DNA of 64,000 nucleotides from an archaeon (GCA_018651605.1 JABIDS010000009.1:19966-83965); one strand, 5' to 3'; shown: positions 10,427-20,434, counted from the first letter of the stretch. Program-made: numbers and translations. Notes: a model not told the origin generated them from the sequence alone.

Positions 10427-11631
10427 TATATTTCCTCACTAAAATTTATATCCAATACCTTACCTAATCCTAAAAGCAATCTTGATTCAAAAGTTGCTGA
10501 TTTTTCGTCTTCTTGTTTTTCTAGGGTGAGGGCTTCCATGAGGGGGGAGATAAGTTTGTTGTTGTTTGAGGGGTTTTCTTTTTCATAGGTTTTAATTAAG
10601 GTTTCTTCTATTTTTTCTTTGTTGTGGTTTGGGTCGCTGAATTCTATTTGTAGGTCTTGTCTTTCTACTTCAAGTTTTGAGGTGTTTTTTAGAAATGAAT
10701 ATGCATTTTGTTTTTCTATGAAGTCTTGTATTTCTTGAAATTTTATGTCTGTGTATTTTCCTTGTTTTAATATTCCGAAAAGTTTTAAGAGGATTATTTT
10801 ATCTTTGAGTTCTCTTTTTTCTAGTTCTTTGATTATTTTTTCTGTTGCTTTAATTGCATTGTCAATTTCTATTTTGATTAGTTCTACTGGTTTTATTTTT
10901 ATTTCTTTTTTTGTTACTTTTGTGTAACCTGCGACTTCTATTATGTAAAATGCTCCTTGTTTTAGTTCTTCTAGTTCTTTGAAGTTGTTTGGGAATGTTG
11001 GTCCTCCGTAAACTGCAGGTTTGTTGTTTACTTCTTGGTTGAAGTCTATGTGGATGTGTCCTAAAGCGTAGTAGTCTGCTTGAGGGAGTTGGTCTAAGGG
11101 AATTGAGTCAATTGGTAGATTTTGTGCAGCTTCTTTGACTGTTGTGTGGAGCATCAGTATTCTGAAGTTTTCTGAATATGGCTGATTTATTTTTATTTTT
11201 CTTAATGATTCTACTTCGAGTCCTGATTTTTTTCCAGGGTATCCATAGATGTAACATTCCTTGTCTCTTATTGGTTCTAGTGTTATTTCTTGAGTTTCTT
11301 GGTTTTCTTGATATTTGCAGATTTGACAGAATCCTGCTTTTTCTAGGACGTCTAGGAATGTTTTTCCTGAGACAGAATAATCATGTGAGCCTGCGATGAT
11401 GTAGGATTTTATGTTTGCGTCTTTTAGTTTTTTGAATTCGCTGAAAGCGAATTTTAGGGTTTCTATTGATGGGAATGCTGAATCAAATAAGTCTCCTGCG
11501 AATAATATGAAATCTACTTGTTCTTCTATTGATGTATTAATTGCATAGGTGAATGATTGTCTGTTTAGTTCTTGTAGTTCTGGTTGGCGCCATCCTCCTA
11601 AGTGTGAGTCTGCTATGTGTGAGAATTTCAT
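10426..11631 (-). CDS. mre11: Mre11/SbcD DNA repair nuclease
   Basis: ADSHLG, AGDLFD, GSHD and ALGHIH phosphoesterase motifs; immediately upstream of rad50. Confidence 0.93.
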   Translation of the reverse strand: MKFSHIADSHLGGWRQPELQELNRQSFTYAINTSIEEQVDFILFAGDLFDSAFPSIETLKFAFSEFKKLKDANIKSYIIAGSHDYSVSGKTFLDVLEKAGFCQICKYQENQETQEITLEPIRDKECYIYGYPGKKSGLEVESLRKIKINQPYSENFRILMLHTTVKEAAQNLPIDSIPLDQLPQADYYALGHIHIDFNQEVNNKPAVYGGPTFPNNFKELEELKQGAFYIIEVAGYTKVTKKEIKIKPVELIKIEIDNAIKATEKIIKELEKRELKDKIILLKLFGILKQGKYTDIKFQEIQDFIEKQNAYSFLKNTSKLEVERQDLQIEFSDPNHNKEKIEETLIKTYEKENPSNNNKLISPLMEALTLEKQEDEKSATFESRLLLGLGKVLDINFSEEI

Positions 11632-11744
11632 TTTAAGGTATTTAATCGCTTTGCGATTAAGGTGTTATTTACTTTAATCATTTGGATTAAAGTTATTTTA
11701 AATTTTTAAGGATTGTTGTTGTGTGGTTTGTTTTGGGATCAATT

Positions 11745-11900
11745 CCCCTGGCGGAAAGCCGTGCTTCGCACTTTCCCTTTCCTCCCTTTTGTCTTGGTAA
11801 ATTGTTAAAGGGTTATTTTATTCAGAGAATCTATAGATTCTCTGACTCGTAAAAACGAGCCATAAGCCCCATCGTTTTTCCGATGAAGATGAGTTTTCCT
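11745..11900 (+). repeat. Dispersed palindromic element, subtype A, with nested triple-hairpin module
   Basis: ggaaagccgtgcttcgcactttccctttcc…ttggtaaattgttaaagggttattttattcaga[hairpins]gaagatgagttttcc. Confidence 0.7.
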
Positions 11901-12069
11901 TGGTTTTTAAGGATTAATAGGTATTAGAAGGTTTATTTCATATCGATTTACCCTTTGAAAGGTGATTTAGTATATAAGTGTTGCGTTACTATTTTATAAT
12001 TAGTATATATTTGTGTTTGTGGAAGATTTGATATGTTTGGATAATCTTTTTATAATAGGTTTTCTTTAG

Positions 12070-12399
12070 ATGTTAATGGAAAAAGAAGTGAAACATTTCT
12101 TAATGATAATTGTGATTGTAATTTTGTTAGGAGTTTTTGTTTTTAATTATTTTAGTATTGGTTTTTTTAAAAGTGCTGAATATTTTTTGAATGAATGTGC
12201 TGTGGATTCGGATTGTGTGATTAGTGAGACTCGTTGTTGTCCTTGTAGTTCTAGTGGGAAGGATGTTTGTGTTTCTTTGGAAGAAGGTGAGATGTATGCT
12301 GAGGAATTGAAGGATTGTTCTAAGAATTTGCTTTGTGCTGAGGTTTTTTCCTGTGTTGTTGAAAGTTGCGGTTGTGTAAATGGGAGGTGTGTGGGATGA
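12070..12399 (+). CDS. Small membrane-anchored Cys-rich protein
   Basis: N-terminal TM; C-terminal 10-Cys domain (CAVDSDC…CGCVNGRC); ATGA overlap with the protease gene. Confidence 0.75.
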   Translation: MLMEKEVKHFLMIIVIVILLGVFVFNYFSIGFFKSAEYFLNECAVDSDCVISETRCCPCSSSGKDVCVSLEEGEMYAEELKDCSKNLLCAEVFSCVVESCGCVNGRCVG

Positions 12400-15140
12400 G
12401 ATTTGGTGAGAAATGTTTTGTTGTTGTTTTTATTTTTGTTAGTTTGATTTTTATTATACCTTTTTTGGTTTCAGAATCTGTGGATGAAAAAATAAGTATT
12501 GAGGTTTTGAAAGAATTTTCTGAGTTGGGTGAGAAGAATTATGGTAATGTGGGTGAGGATGATGAAAAGGTTAAAGTTGTTATCAAATTGAAAGATGTTT
12601 CTGAAGATGAATTGGAGGAGATTCTTGAGGAAGAGGTTTTAGAAGATGTTGAGGAAGATGAAGTGTATAAGAATTATATTTCTACTGAAGTTTCTTTTGA
12701 AGAGTTGGAGGTTTTGGAGGAGAATAAAGATGTGGAAATGGTTTCTGAGAATCATGTTCTGAGTGCTTTTTTGCAGGATGTTGGAGGTATTGTTAATTTT
12801 ACCATTGTTAATCCTTTGAAAGTTTCTGGTTTGAATCTAACAGGGGTTTCTAAAACTGTTTGTGTTATTGATAGTGGTGTTGATTTTACTCATCCTGATT
12901 TGGCTGGTAAGAATGATAGTTGTGTTATAGATTGTTTTAATAATAAGGCATGTGTTGAGAATTGTTCTGCGGGTGATGAGAATGGGCATGGGACGCATGT
13001 TGCAGGGATTGTTGGGGCTTCTGGGGGGATTTTTGGTGTTGCGAGCAATGTTAGTTTAATTGGTGTGAAAATATTGGATGAAAATGGTGATGGTAGTGGT
13101 TGGGATGTTGATTTAACTAGGGCTATTGATTATTGTGTTGCTCAAAATGTTGAGGTGATTACAATGAGTTTGGGAACTGCTACGTTGTATGATTCTGATT
13201 GTGCTGGTTCTATGGGTGGTTGGACAGATTCTGTTGATGCTGCTTTTGCAAATAATATTTCAATTATTGCTTCTAGTGGTAATGCTGGAAACTGGACACA
13301 TATTGCAAGTCCTGCTTGTATTGGGAATGTGACTCCTGTTGGAGGGACTAATAAAAATGATGCTATTTTTTATAATAGGAACAGCTTAGTGGATTTGGTT
13401 GCTCCAGGAGTAAGTATAAATTCTACTTATAATAATGGGGCTTATCTTGTTCAGGGTGGAACTTCTATGGCTACGCCTGTTGTTGCAGGAGCGTATGCAA
13501 TTATTTATCAGTTGTTGGATTTAACTGGAAGAATTATGAATAATTTTGAAATTGAAGAAGTGTTGAATAATACTGGGAAGACGATTAATGATGCTTCTTC
13601 TGGTTTGAGTTTTACTAGGATTGATATTTATGAGGCTGTTTTGTCGTTGGATAATATTTCTCCAAATGTTACATTAAATAGTCCTGTTGATGGGAATGTT
13701 AGTTTAATTGGTGATTTTAATTTTAGTTGTAATTATAGTGACTGGCAGTTATCTAATGTTAGTTTTTATTTATGGAATTCTAGTGGGTTGTTTTATAATG
13801 AGAGTAAGGATGTTTCTGGAATTAGTAATTCTTCTGTTTTTAATTATAGTTTTTCTGTTGAGGATGATTATTCTTGGAATTGTTTTGTGTATGATGATAA
13901 ATCTAATTTGGGTTTTGCTGATTCTAATTTTTCTTTTAGTATTGCTAATGTTGTGACGATTCTTGATTCTCCTGAGAATAATAGTTATGTTAATCAGGCT
14001 GTAAATTTTTCTTGTAATTTGACTTCTGCAGGAAGTTATATTTTGTCCAATGCTAGTTTTTATTTATGGAATTCTAGTGGGTTGTATTATAATGAGAGTA
14101 AGGATGTTTCTGGAATTAGTAATTCTTCTGTTTTTAATTATAGTTTTTCTGTGGAGGATGATTACTCTTGGAATTGTTTAGGTTTTAATAATAATTCTGA
14201 ATCTGATTGGGGAAATAATAATTTTAGTGTTGGTTATGATGTTAGTGATGTTAATGTTAGTTTGAATGGTCCTAGCGATGGTGTTTCTTATAGTTCAAAT
14301 AGTCAGAGTGTTGTTTTTTATTATAATGTTTCTGATAATAATGAAGTTGCTAATTGTAGTTTGGTTGTTGGAGGAGTTGTTAGTTCTAGTAATTTGACTA
14401 TTGATAAAAGTTCTAGTAATTTGACGTTTGTTCAGAGCTTTGTTCCTGGAACTTATAATTGGAATATTAATTGCTCTGATGATGCAGGGAATGTTGGGAA
14501 TTCTAGTTCTAGAAGTTTTACAGTTATTGCGGTTGCTTCTCCAAGTGTTTCTTCAAGTGGTGGTGGAGGGGGAGGAGGAGGAAGTTCTACTAAAACCTAT
14601 GTTCTTACTTCTGTTGAATCTTCTGAAGTTAATATTAAAAAATTAAATAAAAATGATAAGATAAAGTTTGCATTTTTTGATGAGGTTGCTGGAGAACATA
14701 TTTTAACTGTTACTAAAATTAATTCTGATTCTGTTGAGTTGGTAGTTCGTAGTGATGTGATAAATTTGAAATTAGGAATTGGACAGAGTATAAAATTAAA
14801 TTTAACTTCTCCTGATTATTATGATTTGTATTTGAAACTGAATTCTATTGTTGATGGAAAAGTGGAGTTAGTTATTCAGACAATTAATGAGAAGATTCTT
14901 AGTCATGATATTAGTATTGGTGGTAAAAGTGTGGATGATAGTGTATTAGAGGAGGATGTTAGTGATGGTGCTGATTCATTAGTTTATGAAATAGGTAAGT
15001 TAAGGTATGTTATTTTTATTTTGATTGTTATTATTGTTGTCTTTATTGTTTCTTTATTGTTTCCTAAAAAAGAAGTTACTAAACATAAATTTGGATCTAA
15101 TAAACGAGAAAGTTTTTTGAAACACTTATTAGAAATTTAA
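12396..15140 (+). CDS. Membrane-anchored S8 subtilisin-like serine protease with Ig-like repeats
   Basis: Catalytic motifs VIDSG, HGTHVAG and GTSMATP; signal/TM at the N-terminus, Gly linker, C-terminal TM; ATG 12396 has a GGAGGTG SD and is preferred to the TTG at 12366. Confidence 0.92.
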   Translation: MRFGEKCFVVVFIFVSLIFIIPFLVSESVDEKISIEVLKEFSELGEKNYGNVGEDDEKVKVVIKLKDVSEDELEEILEEEVLEDVEEDEVYKNYISTEVSFEELEVLEENKDVEMVSENHVLSAFLQDVGGIVNFTIVNPLKVSGLNLTGVSKTVCVIDSGVDFTHPDLAGKNDSCVIDCFNNKACVENCSAGDENGHGTHVAGIVGASGGIFGVASNVSLIGVKILDENGDGSGWDVDLTRAIDYCVAQNVEVITMSLGTATLYDSDCAGSMGGWTDSVDAAFANNISIIASSGNAGNWTHIASPACIGNVTPVGGTNKNDAIFYNRNSLVDLVAPGVSINSTYNNGAYLVQGGTSMATPVVAGAYAIIYQLLDLTGRIMNNFEIEEVLNNTGKTINDASSGLSFTRIDIYEAVLSLDNISPNVTLNSPVDGNVSLIGDFNFSCNYSDWQLSNVSFYLWNSSGLFYNESKDVSGISNSSVFNYSFSVEDDYSWNCFVYDDKSNLGFADSNFSFSIANVVTILDSPENNSYVNQAVNFSCNLTSAGSYILSNASFYLWNSSGLYYNESKDVSGISNSSVFNYSFSVEDDYSWNCLGFNNNSESDWGNNNFSVGYDVSDVNVSLNGPSDGVSYSSNSQSVVFYYNVSDNNEVANCSLVVGGVVSSSNLTIDKSSSNLTFVQSFVPGTYNWNINCSDDAGNVGNSSSRSFTVIAVASPSVSSSGGGGGGGGSSTKTYVLTSVESSEVNIKKLNKNDKIKFAFFDEVAGEHILTVTKINSDSVELVVRSDVINLKLGIGQSIKLNLTSPDYYDLYLKLNSIVDGKVELVIQTINEKILSHDISIGGKSVDDSVLEEDVSDGADSLVYEIGKLRYVIFILIVIIVVFIVSLLFPKKEVTKHKFGSNKRESFLKHLLEI
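13761..14179 (+). repeat. Near-identical ~125-bp intragenic direct repeat (13761-13885 and 14055-14179)
   Basis: Both copies encode SFYLWNSSGL(F/Y)YNESKDVSGISNSSVFNYSFSVEDDYSWNC; about 3 nt differences. Confidence 0.9.
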
Positions 15141-15206
15141 TTATTCAATATCTTCGGATTCGGCTTCTTCGGCCTCATTAATTTGTTGAAGTTCTGTTTC
15201 TTCCAT
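15141..15206 (-). CDS. 21-aa acidic micro-protein MEETELQQINEAEEAESEDIE
   Basis: Perfect GGAGGTGA SD (15213-15220 on the minus strand) 6 nt before the ATG; below the ORF-track cutoff. Confidence 0.55.
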   Translation of the reverse strand: MEETELQQINEAEEAESEDIE

Positions 15207-15356
15207 TTTATATCACCTCCTAATTTGTGAATATGATAAACTATCTTATACTTTAGGTTTTTAAAGGATTACTAAAACTTTATAAAAGAAATGTTTGAGT
15301 TTTGTTTTATAAAGGTTGCGAATGGTTTAAATAGAAGTTTTTATTGTGTGTAGGAA

Positions 15357-15902
15357 TTAATTTTTTGTTTTAATCTGATATACAAAAAGTTTTTCAAAAA
15401 ATAAAGATTGTTCTGCGAGTTTTGTTAAGGAGTAATTTAGTTCTTTGGCTTTTTGTTTTATTATCTTTGGTTGGCTTAATGAGGAGAATAGGAGGAGGAT
15501 GGTTGCATCTTTGTTAAGATAGGGTTTTGATTGTTTGAGGAATTTTAAGATTATTTCATAGCCTTGTTTTCCAGCAGTAGTGTTTAGTTGAGAGTCTTTT
15601 GGTTCTCTTTTATCTAATGGAAGATAAGGAGGGTTGAAGATTATTAGGTCAAATTTTTGTTTTGGTATTTTTGAGAAAAGGTTTGATTGGATTGTTTTGA
15701 TTTTTTTTAAATTTTTTATTGCATCCGGGTTTATGTCTGCTGCTGTTGTGTTTTTGAATCCTTGTTTGATGCAAGTTTTGGCTTGGATGCCCGAACCAGT
15801 TCCCATATCTAATATTTTTATTGTTTTAGGTTTGTTTTTTAGAAAGGTGATTAATTCTTTTTGAAGAAGGTAAGAATCTTCTGCAGGTTGGTAGATTGAC
15901 AT
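15357..15902 (-). CDS. HemK2/PrmC-type release-factor glutamine methyltransferase
   Basis: IYQPAEDSYLL start, LDMGTGSG SAM motif, FNPPY motif. Confidence 0.88.
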   Translation of the reverse strand: MSIYQPAEDSYLLQKELITFLKNKPKTIKILDMGTGSGIQAKTCIKQGFKNTTAADINPDAIKNLKKIKTIQSNLFSKIPKQKFDLIIFNPPYLPLDKREPKDSQLNTTAGKQGYEIILKFLKQSKPYLNKDATILLLFSSLSQPKIIKQKAKELNYSLTKLAEQSLFFEKLFVYQIKTKN

Positions 15903-15915
15903 GTTATGAATTGTT

Positions 15916-16152
15916 TTAATAATTATTGGAATTTTTTGAGGCCATATGTGTGTATCCTATAGCTGTAAGTGCAGATATTCCAAAGATTGCTGTTCCTGCA
16001 GGACCTCCATTTTCTTGTGCAATCATTCCCCCTCCTAGAACTCCTGCTGAAATTATTAAAATTGGTAAGGACTTATCTATTATTGATTTTAATTTAGATG
16101 TTTCTTGGGTTCTTGAATTCATAGAAGTTTCTAAATTGTTATATGATTTCAT
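15916..16152 (-). CDS. Small two-TM hypothetical protein
   Basis: ATG ORF with two hydrophobic segments and an upstream TATA-like box. Confidence 0.6.
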   Translation of the reverse strand: MKSYNNLETSMNSRTQETSKLKSIIDKSLPILIISAGVLGGGMIAQENGGPAGTAIFGISALTAIGYTHMASKNSNNY

Positions 16153-16204
16153 TGTTTTAAGAAGGATATAAAGTATTTAAATTTTGTTGAAATTTTTTAG
16201 AAGC

Positions 16205-16681
16205 TTAACCAAATATGCCTATTAGTTTATCCTTAAATAAAATACTTGCACCTAGAACTCCTAAGAGAGTTACTAAAATTATCATGAGGAGAATTTCTTT
16301 TATCCAATAACTTTTTTTTGTTTTCTTTTTTGGATGAATTATCGGAGGTAGTTGACGAATTTCTGGTTTCTGTATGGGTTCTGGTTTTTGTGCTATTTCG
16401 TTTTTAATACTTTGTATTTCTTGTTTAGTTTGTGCTATTGAATTTGTTTGAGGTGTTGTTGGTGGGGCTTGGGTATTGAATATTCTTTTTTTCTCAGGCA
16501 TGAGTAAGTGTTCTCCTGGTTTTGTTTCTAATGATGAGATAACTCCTGAGCTTACGTATCTTGATGCATCTTTGACTTCCCTAGGATTATAACCTGAATT
16601 TATTAATACTTGGATAGAAGTTTCTAAATGCTCTCCTCTATTTATTCCATTTCTTAACGCAGTTATTATGTCTTCGTTCAT
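16205..16681 (-). CDS. Hypothetical protein with C-terminal membrane anchor
   Basis: ORF directly after RNase J; C-terminal TM. Confidence 0.75.
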   Translation of the reverse strand: MNEDIITALRNGINRGEHLETSIQVLINSGYNPREVKDASRYVSSGVISSLETKPGEHLLMPEKKRIFNTQAPPTTPQTNSIAQTKQEIQSIKNEIAQKPEPIQKPEIRQLPPIIHPKKKTKKSYWIKEILLMIILVTLLGVLGASILFKDKLIGIFG

Positions 16682-16689
16682 GTTTGTGT

Positions 16690-18021
16690 TTAAAAATTTA
16701 ATTTTTGTTGATTGTCTATTAGGTGTATATTTTTTGGCTTGTATCCTAATTCTTTTGCTAAATCTACCATTGGGCCTATTTTATCGTGGCTGCCGTGAGA
16801 TGGAATTATATTTTCTGGGTTTAGTAAATTTAGGAAGTCTCTTAAGTCTTCTCTACCTGCATGTCCTGAAACATGGATGTTATTGAATAATCTTGTTCCT
16901 CTTTTTCTTAATCTCATGTCGAGTTTTTCACGATTTTCAATGTTTGATGGTGCTGGAATAACTGATGAGGAAAAGATAATATGATCTGCTTTATTAAATT
17001 GAAAAGGTAATTTATTTCTTGAGAGTCTGTCTAAAATACTTCCTGGTTCGCCTTGATGTCCTGTGCAAACAACTAAGTATTCTTCTCTTTTTTTATTTAT
17101 TTGTTTTAGTTTGCTTTCTAATTGTTTTCTGTATGTTGCTATTTCTATATCTTTCCTGAATGGACACATATCTACCCTTGTTGCAGCTCCTACATATTTA
17201 TTTAAACTTCTTCCTAAGAAGACTATTTTTCTGTTTAGTTTTTTACCGAATTCAACAATTGATTTTAATCTTGCAATATGTGAGGAGAAAGTTGTGATTA
17301 TTAGTCCTGCATTTTCATTGTTGGTTGTTAATAAGACTTCTTCAAGTAATGTTTTTGCTATTTTTTCGCTTGCTGTTTTTCTTTGATCTCCTGAATAAAG
17401 TGAATCTACAATTAAAACTTTTACTCCTTCTTTTCCTATTTCTTTTAATTTTTCATAGTTTGGTTTTTTTCCCATTGTTGGATTATTGTCTAGTTTGAAA
17501 TCGTTTGCATAAAGAATTATTCCTTCAGGTGTATGTAATGCAATTAATGAGCAATGTATTGTTGAGTGGGTTATGTTTATGAAATCAACTTTGTATCTTT
17601 TATTTTTTCCTTGAACATAGCAGAATGAGTTTGGTTGGACTACTCTTAGTTTATTTTTTAGGTGGATGTTTTCGTCTTTTAGTAGGGTTTTAAGAACTTC
17701 AATTGTGAATGGTGTTCCAATTACTTCTGCGTTGTATCTGTGTCCTAAAAATGGTATTGCTCCGATGTGGTCTAGATGTGCATGACTTGGAATTATTGCC
17801 CTTACTTTTTCTCTTAGGTTTAATTTATCTAGTAGCATATCTGAAGGTACTGCACCTATTGCTCTTAATTTCTTTTCAGTATAAGCTCTTTCAGAATTTT
17901 CTAATTCTACAATTGGTGGTAGGAAGAAACCACAGTCGAACAGGATTACGTCTTCTCCTAGATCAATTGCAGTCATGTTCTTACCAACTTCGTTATAACC
18001 GCCTATTGAATATATTTTCAT
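16690..18021 (-). CDS. rnj: RNase J (MBL/beta-CASP ribonuclease)
   Basis: GGYNEVGKN, SHAHLDHIG, TGHQGEP, HVSGHA and PSHG motifs. Confidence 0.93.
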   Translation of the reverse strand: MKIYSIGGYNEVGKNMTAIDLGEDVILFDCGFFLPPIVELENSERAYTEKKLRAIGAVPSDMLLDKLNLREKVRAIIPSHAHLDHIGAIPFLGHRYNAEVIGTPFTIEVLKTLLKDENIHLKNKLRVVQPNSFCYVQGKNKRYKVDFINITHSTIHCSLIALHTPEGIILYANDFKLDNNPTMGKKPNYEKLKEIGKEGVKVLIVDSLYSGDQRKTASEKIAKTLLEEVLLTTNNENAGLIITTFSSHIARLKSIVEFGKKLNRKIVFLGRSLNKYVGAATRVDMCPFRKDIEIATYRKQLESKLKQINKKREEYLVVCTGHQGEPGSILDRLSRNKLPFQFNKADHIIFSSSVIPAPSNIENREKLDMRLRKRGTRLFNNIHVSGHAGREDLRDFLNLLNPENIIPSHGSHDKIGPMVDLAKELGYKPKNIHLIDNQQKLNF

Positions 18022-18234
18022 TTTTAGTTTCTCTTTTTTATTATTAGTAAGAATGGGTTTATATAAGTTTGGTGTGGGTTGGATTTGTGAGGATTGTTTC
18101 TTCTGGTTTTTTTGGTTTTTTGTGTTTTTTGTAACTTTTTTGTAGAAAAGGTTTTAATTAGGGGATTGCAGGGAGTTTTTACAAAAAATTAAAACACATT
18201 TCTTTAATAGTATTTTTACCTTGTTAAATTAGTT

Positions 18235-18783
18235 TTGGAATGTACTGTTGTTATTCTAGAATTAAAAAAGAAGTTGGTGAAGATTCATTTAGGCGAATTA
18301 AATTTAAAAAAGAAAATGATAGTTAAATATGGAGATGAAAGTGAAATGATAGAAAAAGCTAAACCTAGTGCAGTTTATCTGAATAATGATTTTGATAGTG
18401 AAGACTATGGAAAAGTTGCAATTGATTTGCGTGATCCTAGTGCATTGTTTTTTTCTTCTAAATATGCTAATGGAATTAATATTCTTTTTTATGTTCCTGA
18501 GGGCGATTTGAACCCTGAAAATCCTCTTGTAAGGTTGGCTGGTGAACTTTCACGTTACTCGGATATTAATGTTGGTATTTCAGAATCTGAAGATTATGAT
18601 CATGCTCATGAGGCGAATGTAATTGTAAATTATAATCCTGATTTTAATGGCCTTAGGAAAGAACTTGGAGAGTATGATGAAGGAAAGAGGGTTATTTTAG
18701 ATGGAAATCAATTTGGTGGTAAAAGATTAGATAATATTGTTAAGAGTTTGTATTCTCAACTTGTTGAAAAGAATGCTGCTTAA
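18235..18783 (+). CDS. Hypothetical protein (true start probably a downstream ATG, ~18316 or ~18346)
   Basis: Long ORF; no recognisable motif. Confidence 0.6.
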   Translation: MECTVVILELKKKLVKIHLGELNLKKKMIVKYGDESEMIEKAKPSAVYLNNDFDSEDYGKVAIDLRDPSALFFSSKYANGINILFYVPEGDLNPENPLVRLAGELSRYSDINVGISESEDYDHAHEANVIVNYNPDFNGLRKELGEYDEGKRVILDGNQFGGKRLDNIVKSLYSQLVEKNAA

Positions 18784-18821
18784 TTCGAAATGTATTTATA
18801 ATTCTTTAATTTTAGTTTTCT

Positions 18822-19025
18822 ATGAATAAAGTTATGGAAACTGCAACGAGTATGATTGCGTTTAGTACTTTTTTAGTTGGATTAATTGCTACTATTTATT
18901 ATGCTAATCAAATGAAGAAATTGGAGATTATGGAAATTTTATTGGTTTCAGTAATATATATAAATGCTAATCTGTTGTTTTTGTATATTATAAAGAGGAG
19001 GGTAAATGAAAATTTTAAAAGATAA
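18822..19025 (+). CDS. Small two-TM hypothetical protein
   Basis: ATG about 25 nt after a TTTATAA box; two hydrophobic helices. Confidence 0.6.
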   Translation: MNKVMETATSMIAFSTFLVGLIATIYYANQMKKLEIMEILLVSVIYINANLLFLYIIKRRVNENFKR

Positions 19026-19082
19026 TTGGGCGATTGTATTATTGGTTATATTGATATTTTTATTTATTTATTTATTAATAAG

Positions 19083-19361
19083 ATGAAAGCTTTGAAGCCG
19101 TCGCATAGAGAAAGGAAGAGATATTTGTTGATTAAAGGTAATGATGCTAGTTGGTCTAAGATTGAGAAGGTGATTTTGGAGTTTGTTGGTGTTTTGGGTT
19201 TTGCTGAGGCAAGTCCTAGTGTTGTTAAGTCTTTGAAGGGGAGAGTTGTTTTGGCTATTAATCGTGGGGCGTTAGATAAAGTTCGTGCTGCGTTTTTAAT
19301 GAGTGGGAAGAATTTGGAGATTGTTAAGGTTAGTGGTAGTTTGAAGGGGTTGGGGAAGTGA
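19083..19361 (+). CDS. pop5: RNase P protein Pop5/Rpp14-like
   Basis: LKPSHRERKRYLL N-terminus, G-x-LG-x-A core, VSGSLK C-terminus; start taken at ATG 19083. Confidence 0.8.
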   Translation: MKALKPSHRERKRYLLIKGNDASWSKIEKVILEFVGVLGFAEASPSVVKSLKGRVVLAINRGALDKVRAAFLMSGKNLEIVKVSGSLKGLGK

Positions 19362-19385
19362 GGGGTGTTGGGAAGGTTAAGTAAC

Positions 19386-19500
19386 TTGGTTCGCTTTTGC
19401 TCACAACTTATTTTATGGTTCAACTGCCGGCTTTCGCCTGGCAGTTTCTCTAATTTTTCTTAATATTGTGTAAATTTTAGAAATTAGGAGGATGAGTTTT
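19386..19500 (+). repeat. Dispersed palindromic element, subtype C
   Basis: ttggttcgc…gctcac…cttattttatg, hairpin aactgcc-ggctttcgcct-ggcagtt, tail ending ggatgagtttt; colinear with 27373-27490. Confidence 0.7.
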
Positions 19501-19563
19501 ATCCTTAAGTTAAGATTCTATTTTAGCAATCAGATTTAAAAACCTCTTTATCTAATTAATAGT

Positions 19564-20301
19564 ATGGATATTAATGATATAGAGAATTTTGAAAAAGAAA
19601 AATCAAAATACTCTAAGAAGGACTTTAATGAAATAAAGTCCTCCATTAAAAAAGCATGGAAATGGATTTGGAATTCTGATTCTATTTTGAGTTGGATTGT
19701 GGCTCTTGGTTTTATATTTGTTGTTGTAAAGTTTGTTTTCTTTCCTGGGCTTTCTTTAATTATGGGGACATCGTTGCCTTTGGCTGGTGTGGAGTCGTCT
19801 TCAATGGATCATCAAATTGTTAAGGATGATTTGGGGCGTTTGAATTTATGTGGGAATAGTTATTCTAGTTCTGAAAAAGAGTGGATTAATTTTAATGAGT
19901 ATTGGGATGCTTGTGGTGATTGGTATGATGATGTTGATATTAGTAAGAATGAGTTTTCAGATTTTTCATTGAAGAATGGATTTAGAAAAGGAGATATTAT
20001 AATTGTCTGGGGACGTTTTAGTCCGAAGGTTGGAGATGTTGTTATTTTTCAACCTAATTCTGGTTCTTTGGCTCCTCGTCCTATAATTCATAGGATTGTT
20101 TCTATTGATGGTGATGGAGTTATTGCTACGAAAGGTGATCATAATGCTGGGCAGTTAAATGGAAATAATAATTATTATAAAACTGATGAGACAAATATTG
20201 GGGAGTCGCAGTTGATTGGTAAGGCTGTTTTGAAGGTTCCTTATTTGGGGTGGGTTAAGATTTGGTTTGTAGATTTGGTGAAGATGGTTATGGGAAGATA
20301 G
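19564..20301 (+). CDS. Signal peptidase I (archaeal Sec11/S26 type)
   Basis: TM, VESSSM catalytic Ser, GDII, IIHR, TKGDHN, VPYLGW. Confidence 0.88.
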   Translation: MDINDIENFEKEKSKYSKKDFNEIKSSIKKAWKWIWNSDSILSWIVALGFIFVVVKFVFFPGLSLIMGTSLPLAGVESSSMDHQIVKDDLGRLNLCGNSYSSSEKEWINFNEYWDACGDWYDDVDISKNEFSDFSLKNGFRKGDIIIVWGRFSPKVGDVVIFQPNSGSLAPRPIIHRIVSIDGDGVIATKGDHNAGQLNGNNNYYKTDETNIGESQLIGKAVLKVPYLGWVKIWFVDLVKMVMGR

Positions 20302-20434
20302 TTGGGTTCCTTGAGAATAGAGTTAGGGGGTGGTTTGTTATGACTGTGGAATTGTAAAGTTTTATAGAAACCTTTTTAAAGAATTTTTATTAAGATAAGG
20401 AGTTATAAAAAGTTAAATTAACATTAAAAATAAA

